A stretch of DNA of 64,000 nt from Saccostrea echinata (Eukaryota), in assembly GCF_033153115.1 (NCBI RefSeq), contig NW_026889803.1, forward strand, positions 33,232,001-33,296,000, in the 5' to 3' direction. The number at the start of each line of letters is the position of its first letter. Position 1 is the first letter of the stretch. A program made the position numbers and the translations under genes. Below, piece by piece: positions 56,012 through 64,000 of this stretch. The notes under the pieces are model-generated. The model saw only the letters and a list, made by a program, of their open reading frames with translations, made no database searches and was not told where the DNA came from.

Positions 56012-59000
56012 GATCCTGATGAGAAATGACATTAGCACCGACCAAAGGATCGACACCGATTTCTGGAGTGTACTGCACAGGCTACCAATAGATTCACTAG
56101 GACTTCATGTTTTCTAGTGACCCTGATTAGCTCCTTATGTGTGGTTTGAGCTTGCCAGAACATTATGAAATGAACAGCAGCACAAAACTGTGTCAACAGT
56201 TTTTGCACAGTCATGACATCTAAATGCTTTTTATTGCAATTTAATTTACTGTGAAGTGTCATGGACTAAACCGAGGAATTCTGTACATAGTTTGGGCTTT
56301 AATTCATTTAATTAGTGAAGAGAATCTTCAGAGAAATTAGAATCATGATGAGTGACAAAAGTTGTATGCTACAAAATTTACTACTTACATTACTTACTAG
56401 CAAACGTTGAAATTGATGACACAGGAAATTACAGAGGGGCAAATCAATGAACATTTAACCCCATGAAAATCCATTGTTGTACATTAATCATTCTATGAAA
56501 TTAAGGTTCACCTCTCTATAGTTTGTGTTGTCTGTGATATTATATGATGTTGATCAGCATTTAGTGTACAAGACCTTAAGTTAATGAGAATTGTACAGAA
56601 TATAACTATATATATATATATATATACATATACATGTATATATATTACTAGAAATACATAGCAGATTCGTTGTGTGGATTAAGCAACTATATTATATGAT
56701 ATGGCCATTAATTATTTTAACAACTGATTGAAACAAAATATCCGTCCACCCGGAAAAAAAAAGTTTGCAAACAAAGGAAGTATTAAGGGAGATAATGCAA
56801 AGAACAAAAGTAGAACTGGTTTACAGATATGTACTAAAAGATTTCAAAAATGTTTGTCTTGATGTTGAAAATGAAATTGTTATGTAATTGGATGTAGATT
56901 ATGATGTCAGCACTATTTTTGTTTTCTTGAAGGACCAATATTTGTTTTGACTGATCATGCTTGTATTTTGTTATATTGGAGATTTATAGATACATAAATG
57001 TGTACTGGTATTTAAATATGTCCCCCCCCCCCCCTCCCCAAGATATCTGACAAAGTGTTTTCAAGATAGACACTTTACTTATTTTTTTATTACAAATGGG
57101 ACTCAACTATGAAAAGTATGTTTAATTTCAATTAAGCATCCCAGTGCATTTCAATATCACAGTATTTTGTTTAAGTATCAAAAGTTTTGTCTTCAAGCTT
57201 TTATAACAGGTATCTATGTGATCTTTAAAATTTTGTTTTCTGATAAACAACTTATTTATGACTAAAAAAAAGAATTCATTTTCTTGTCATCAATTACATC
57301 ATGTAACCATGTAACAATCACCAAGTCACTTTACCCTTGTTGTCTTTCAGTGGAGAAATAAAACTTGTATGAAACTAGATAAAGACTTGTTTTGCTTACT
57401 CAATACATAAAAATTGAATTTACCATAGAATTTCAGATCTAAGCCAAGATCATGCAGACATGACAAACATTTTATCCTCATTTCTTAATACGGAAACTGA
57501 AATACATATTTATTTTTTCTGATCTTGTTAAAAAAAATATCTTTTGTATTACATACTGGTAGACTTCAAGACCACCTACATGTATAATACACTCTTTTCT
57601 ATGCATTAATTACTGAAAGATGTGAGAGTTACCAGGTAGTTAGAGACATAAAGTTCTACTGTATAGATATTTATTGACTAAGACCTTCCCAGTGTCTTTT
57701 TGACCTTATATCCTAAATTTCCTCATGCTTTGTTCAACTTCCCAAATCCATGTAGAATTCCTACACCCAACTTTAAAATATCTCTCTTGTTTAGTTTTTC
57801 TATGTGTGACATGACTTCAATAACATTTCTTTTCTTGATCTTTTTTAATATCTTTAAAGGATTCCATATAAGTTACATTTTTTGCCAGATAGTTGTGACT
57901 GTTACTTTAATTTCATATATACCAAGCATAACTGACCTCTGATCATCTTTATAAATTGATGAAGCATTTCAATTAATGCATATCTTAAATACATAACATC
58001 AAAAAATTTTTCATATTGCATTTCACTAAGTCTTGGGACCATTTTCATCATCAATTCAAAATTCTATGACCTTGACCTTTCCTATGGCATTTACTTAATT
58101 TTCTGCAGCGCAAGTACATGTATAGCATACTACATGTATAGTGTATGTAACATACACGTCGTAAGTTCACATATTTAAACTTTTGACAGGATTTGAATTG
58201 ATGAAGTACTTTATCATCCACATATCTTCTTTTGCGATAACGACTGTGGTGACTCCAGCAAACCAAGTCAAAAAATTCAGATATATTATTTTGTAGATTG
58301 AAGAATTTTCATTGCTCAATCACATATGTACACAAAATAAATCATTCTAGAAGTGGAAAATATTGTGTCTGTTTTGCATAGAATTTTTATTTGGATGACT
58401 CACACAATTCTGTCTTCTATATTATTTATTTAGAAATGTCTCCAATAAAATGACTCCCTCTCTGAGACTGCTAATACCAGGAATAGTTGATATCACAGTT
58501 TTTTAAACATGTTTATGGAAATTATTAAATTTTGGTTAACCCATTTAAAGGTTTCAATAAAGCACTGCACTCAAATTACATAATCTTACAATACAACAGA
58601 GAAGCAGCAGATTTTTTGATGGAATAATATATTATCCACCATGCTTGTGGTAAACGGAGCCATTTTCCTTCTCTCTGCATAGTGCCAAATAATGGACATG
58701 AATACAGGGATAATTTTTATATTCCTAGTCAGGTTTAGTACAAATATATATTCATAATGGCACTTTTTTTAAGACCCTGCGTTGAACCACATTTATTGAT
58801 TGTCAGGAACATTTCGTGAAGATGTGTTTAACCAAGTGTCCCTGACACTTGTAATGATTGACAGATGAAATAACTGACCATTTGATTGTCATCATGCCGC
58901 GATAAGTCCGATAGAATTGTTAAAATACCTGTGAGTTAAAAGGACAAGCATTTCACTGTTGTTACTCAGTGACCAGTGTCAAGTGGAATTAGCATGATTA

Positions 59001-60397
59001 TGTATGTAATGTAGGGTTTAATGATCAAGATTTATTTGTATACCCTGGCATGTACGTTTTATCAATATAATTAATATACAGTGTCTGAGGGATGTTGAAA
59101 GTTTACCATTGTTCAAAGACTGGCCATCTATAACCATGCTGCAGTAAAGCTGAATGGAGTTATCCCAGGGTAAAATTTTACATTGATTTCTTGCTTTAAT
59201 AATTTTCTGCTTTCTTGGACCAAAAAAGATAAAATATATGAATTTAAATTTGCATGCACAATGTACATGTAAAGATGTAGAAAATTTTAAGTACATACAG
59301 TGTACTTTTAAATATTTTTTGGCACTTTGGCAATTAGCTCATGTAATTAGTAATGCAAACATATAAATGCATTTGAATATGCTTTAAGCTTTAATCACAG
59401 TATGGTTTGTTAATTCTTAATTTAAAGTTTCTTATCCAAAGAAATTTATTTAAGAAAATTAATGTAAATGCCTGACATAAACAGTTATCTAAAATTGTAC
59501 AGTACACCAACATTAATTAATATGTAAATCTTTTTTTTTTCCTCGCAACTTAATTTTTTTTCTCCAATTTACAGTGCATTTATGTAGAATATAATGTACT
59601 GTTTTATTGTGTATGAGTCTTCAGGGCTGTAAGGGGAAAAAAGATTAACCTGTGACAAAGTGTCTCTTTATTGGCCAGACATGCCTGTATTTACGATTTG
59701 TTCTGTAATTTGTCACTTTTTATCACCTGTGGACAAAATTTAATGCATGCGTTGCATGTACCTGGCAAAAATCAACTGTACTGACCCACACTGTGAAAAT
59801 TAACACGTTTTTTCTGCCTAGCAGCGCTGTGAGCATTAGCATATTGTAATTATCCTGCAGTTCATAAGAATTAACACTTAAAGACCTGGCTCACAGCTGG
59901 CCTTTATTTGATCAATAGAATTACCAGTGAAATATTGATATTTTTATTTTCTTTTACAACCTTAAGATTTTGTAAACAGATGTTTTTACGGCCAGGTAAA
60001 ATCTGAAATTAATGTCAGGAGATGTCAGGATGTTTTTAAAAATGAAATTTGAACTGTCTTCCCACGAAAATCCATTGTTATGAACTTCACTGTTGTCTGA
60101 CACTATTGAAACAAAGTACTATTGTTGGAGGCTGTGTTTAAATGTCCTGGTTGTTCTAACATGGTCGTGGTCAGGAGTCATTTACAGGCACAGATAAACC
60201 TTATAAACTAATGAATGCTTGAAAATTTCTATTTCTAGGGGTTTGAAGTGGATCACAGAGAAGGTATAAAATATGGCCTTACTATCACAAGTCAAGATGG
60301 AAAAGACCAACAATCAAGAAATTCTGAAAATAATCTACAGAGGTAAATATTTTTGATGACACAGCCACCACCAAAGTGTTGAATCGGTGAAAGAAAA

Positions 60398-61423
60398 ATG
60401 AGATTTACAAATTTCCGATGGAAATTACTTGGACTGCTCGTTGGTGTGATTTTTGTGTGGAGTTTGTCAAGTTCCAAAGGAAATCAAAATGAATTCTCTG
60501 AAGAATTTGAGTTTCCAAGGTCTGTGTGCAATGATAGTGAGGATAATATATATGTCAATCATTTTTATCTCCATAACAACCCAAAGAACCGAAACCACTC
60601 ATATTCTTTGAGGGCACAAAACCCCTTCAGTATTCAAAACCCTGGATTGTGTTTTGAAGAACACTCACTGGATTTTCTTATTCTAATCAACACAGAACCT
60701 AATCACTTTCTTCGAAGAAAAGTCATTCGTGCTACGTGGGGAAATGTGAATTTACCTCAGTATCAAAAATTTGGAAATTTCAAGATTCTCTTCATTGTAG
60801 GCCATTCAACCTCTAAAAAAATTCAAAAAGCCATTGAAAAAGAGGCAGCACAGTATGGTGATATTTTACAGGGAAGGTTCTCAGAGGCACCGAACAATCT
60901 CCCACAAAAAGCTCTGATGGCCTTGAGATGGACAGCCGAATATTGCCTCAAGGCCAAAATGATCATCCGCATCCAGGACACTGTGCTTCTAAACATGTTC
61001 GAAATATTACGAGAATACAAACCCAAATATTCCTGTACCAAAAATTTATTAATGTGTAAATTCATCAAAGAGAGGATAAAATTCATGGATTATGAAAAAC
61101 TAAAAAGGATGAAACTGACTCCCACCATTATCCACTGTGTTGGGAAAGCTGTGATAATGACTCGAGATATGCTTATCTCCCTTTACCATGCCGCCCCACA
61201 TATGACCCCCTACTGGTCAGATGACATGTATATATATGGAATGTTGCCGGCTCAGATTCGGCAGAAAACTCTCAAACCTTTGCGACTTTATGAAGGAAAT
61301 TCTGATCAAGCAATAGACTGCTATGAAACAAATCTACACAACTGTGGATTAGTTGCTATTGATACCCAAACAAGAAGCCATCACAATATTATATGGTCTC
61401 ATATCAAACATTACTTTGCATAA
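60398..61423 (+). CDS. GT31-family beta-1,3-galactosyltransferase-like type II membrane protein, 341 aa, degenerate catalytic motifs
   Basis: N-terminal signal anchor LLGLLVGVIFVWSL; GT31 motifs LILINT..N.FLRRKVIRATWG, ILFIVG, EAAQYGDIL, LRWTAEYC, DDMYIYG. Single coding exon with candidate upstream acceptor near 60238. Confidence 0.88.
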   Translation: MRFTNFRWKLLGLLVGVIFVWSLSSSKGNQNEFSEEFEFPRSVCNDSEDNIYVNHFYLHNNPKNRNHSYSLRAQNPFSIQNPGLCFEEHSLDFLILINTEPNHFLRRKVIRATWGNVNLPQYQKFGNFKILFIVGHSTSKKIQKAIEKEAAQYGDILQGRFSEAPNNLPQKALMALRWTAEYCLKAKMIIRIQDTVLLNMFEILREYKPKYSCTKNLLMCKFIKERIKFMDYEKLKRMKLTPTIIHCVGKAVIMTRDMLISLYHAAPHMTPYWSDDMYIYGMLPAQIRQKTLKPLRLYEGNSDQAIDCYETNLHNCGLVAIDTQTRSHHNIIWSHIKHYFA

Positions 61424-62054
61424 TGTTGGCATTTAATAGAAATGGTGATATTTCGTTTTATTGACTTCCGCATACTTTTATGGCCCTTTATTACCAGGCT
61501 TTTCTCATATTTCTGTTCCACTCCTTAGATGGCAATCAAACCAGTCTAAATGATAAATTTTTATCACCTCAATTTTGTTATTAAAATACCTAAATCAAGC
61601 ATTTATATTTCCAATACAGGGGCATCATTAACTGCTGAATTGGGCAATGAACTTAATTTTCTTTTTTATCTGTGACATAAAACTTGTTCAAACATTTATC
61701 AACACCAGTGTACCTGCATTTTTTTAAATGCAACATTTGTGTTCCATTTTAACTTTACTGCTGTGCAGAAACTAAAATTTGAATAAAAATTAAGACTGAA
61801 ACTTGTGAACATTATAATTTACACCAATTTCAAAATTTCTAATGGAGAGATGAGAGGTTTTAGGAAAATGTCACAGAATAAATATATAAATTGTAATATA
61901 CTAAGCTCTGTAAAAGTTATTTTAAGTGTAATTGTTGTTGGATCTGTAAAATATTAAAATACCTATTTCAAAGTTAATCCATACTCCTGTTATGGGCAAA
62001 CATTTCTTATCCTATCAGGGTAGCAGAATTTCTACTCAGGATAACTCTGCTTCT

Positions 62055-62500
62055 TGGTACAGGTGCAAGAAGACGTAGCTCATAAAGGCCAACATGTCTT
62101 GCCCTTATCATCATGTATCAGGTGCTAGTGGACAAAGCTCATGTAAGCAAGCTAAGTGCTCTTAACCTTCATGTATTAGGTGCTAGTAGACAAACTTCAT
62201 ATAGGCAAGTATTCCTTGCCCTCAGCCTTCATGTATCAGGTGCTAGTGGACAAAGCTCATATAGGCAAGCATTCCTAGCTGCCAGCCCTCATGTATCAGG
62301 TGCTAGTGGACATAGCTCATATAGGCAAGCATTCCTTGTCCCCTGCCCTCAAGTATCAGGAGTTAGTGCACATAGCTCATATAGGCAAGCATTGCTTGCC
62401 CTCAGCCTTCATGTGTCAGTTGCTAGTGGAAATGGCACATATAAGCAAAAACATATGTCTCAGGTGCTAATGAGCATGTTTAACATAGGCAAGTTTCACT
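62055..62500. repeat. 60-bp minisatellite, ~7 units
   Basis: Unit CTTCATGTATCAGGTGCTAGTGGACAAAGCTCATATAGGCAAGCATTCCTTGCCCTCAGC. Confidence 0.9.
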
Positions 62501-62677
62501 AGACCTAGGCATGCAGTTTACTTATTTCACAGAGTAATTTCTATTTATCATCAATCAAAATTTGAGCCTTCTTTTTTTGGTACTGATAATAGATACCAAT
62601 ATTTTAATCTGGAACTGGACCAAGAGAGAACTTCATTGAAGATATCTGAGGGTTTGAGATATTGAGGTTAAAATACA

Positions 62678-63875
62678 TAAACAAGAGCCAATGGACCACA
62701 TTGCTCACCTGAACATTATGGCTAGGAAAAAAACAGAAATAAGTTCAGTATTGAAAGTTTAAATATATAAGTAGTCCACCAAACCTAAACCAACCAACCC
62801 CCCAAAAAAGCAGGGAAGAGGAGGGGGTGTCATTATTTGAACAAACTTGAATCTTCACTAACTGAGGATGCTTCCATATTTCTTTGACTAATCATGGCTT
62901 TATAAGATTTTTGAAGGATTTTTTTCTACATCGGTAAGTTTGATCTTCTATTGTGGCAATGTCATACCCCTGGGTTCATGATTTGAAGAAACTTGAATCT
63001 ACACTCCTGAGAATGATTCTGTATTAATATAAATAATAATGGCTTAGCTGTTCTTGAGAGGAAGAGTTTTAATGATTTTTCCTATACATTCCTTATAACT
63101 TTGGCCCCCTGTTGTGGCCCCTCCCTACCCCTGGGGTCATGATTTGAACAAATTTGAATCTACATTACCTAGGGATGCTTCTATATTAATATTACTAATC
63201 ATGGCTTTGCTCTTCTTGAGAAGATTTTTAAAGATATTTCCTATATATATTCCTATGTATAATTTGATCCCCAGTTGTGGCCTCACCCTATTCCTCAAGA
63301 TTTGAACAAACTTGAATGTACACTACCTAAGGTACTTCCTAATGAATATGACTATTCCTGGCTTTGCAGTTCTTGAGACAAAGATTTTTTTAAAAAAAAA
63401 TTTCTTATTCCTCTGTAAAACTTTAATCACCCATTGTGGCCCCACCTTACCCCAGGGGTCATGATTTTAACAAATTAGAATCTACATTTCCTGAGGATGC
63501 TTAATTATGGCTTTGCTGTTGTTAAAAGGAACATCTTTAAAGATTTTTTTCTATATATTCCTATGTAAAACTTTAATCACCCATTGTGCCCATACCCTAA
63601 CCACAGGGGTCATTATTTGAACACACTTGAATTAACACTACCTGAAGATGCTTTCATATAGATGTGATCTATCATGGCTGTGCTGTTCCTTGGAAGAAAA
63701 TTTTAAAGATTTTTCCAATGATTAAACAAATTTGAATCTACACTACCTGAGGATGTTTCCTATAAGTTTCATCTTCTCTGGCCAAGTGGTTCTTGAGAGG
63801 TAGATTTTTCAAGGATGCCTATAATTTTTTCATCAAGTTGTAATTATCTCCCCTTGTACATAGGCATAGCATTTT

Positions 63876-63907
<32 letters not shown>

Positions 63908-64000
63908 AATACTTTATGGCAAGTTTGATTGAAATTGGCATAGCAGTTCTTGAGAAGAAGTCGAAAATGTGAAAACTTTACAGACAAACAGATGGACAGA
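62678..64000 (+). mobile_element. Helitron-associated element with ~160-bp satellite core, cut by the window end
   Basis: 5' AACAAGAG.CAATGG.CCACATTGCTCACCTGA; ~7 units GATTTGAACAAACTTGAATCTACACTACCTGAGGATGC; GACA microsatellite begins at the edge. Confidence 0.75.

Noticed and set aside
62113-62502. 129-aa ORF as a real repeat protein
   Set aside because: Explained by a 60-bp unit length; no supporting gene structure.

Overview
AT-rich, intron-rich animal genomic DNA. The Helitron-associated ~160-bp satellite elements and the B-box/NHL gene suggest an oyster-like bivalve (inference). Six protein-coding genes can be supported from splice signals and reading frame: (1) the first two coding exons of an uncharacterised EHD/dynamin-like P-loop GTPase on the minus strand, which runs off the left edge; (2) a two-exon CCCH zinc-finger gene on the plus strand, head-to-head with it; (3) a complete 6-exon NDUFS8 (-); (4) a complete 29-coding-exon UBE3B HECT ligase (+, 1068 aa), head-to-head with NDUFS8; (5) a RING-less B-box/coiled-coil/NHL (TRIM-like) gene nested antisense in a UBE3B intron; (6) a single-exon GT31 beta-1,3-galactosyltransferase-like ORF whose DxD motif is degenerate. 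Introns and intergenic DNA are packed with MITEs, Helentron-type elements, a SINE, long hairpins and minisatellites. The most striking pattern is that four UBE3B exon/intron junctions, plus one in the neighbouring zinc-finger gene, have been duplicated or amplified. The repeat units contain the splice site plus adjacent exon sequence, giving up to ~45 units with decoy donors or acceptors and one candidate new 15-nt microexon. All coordinates were read by hand; no alignment or database search was run.
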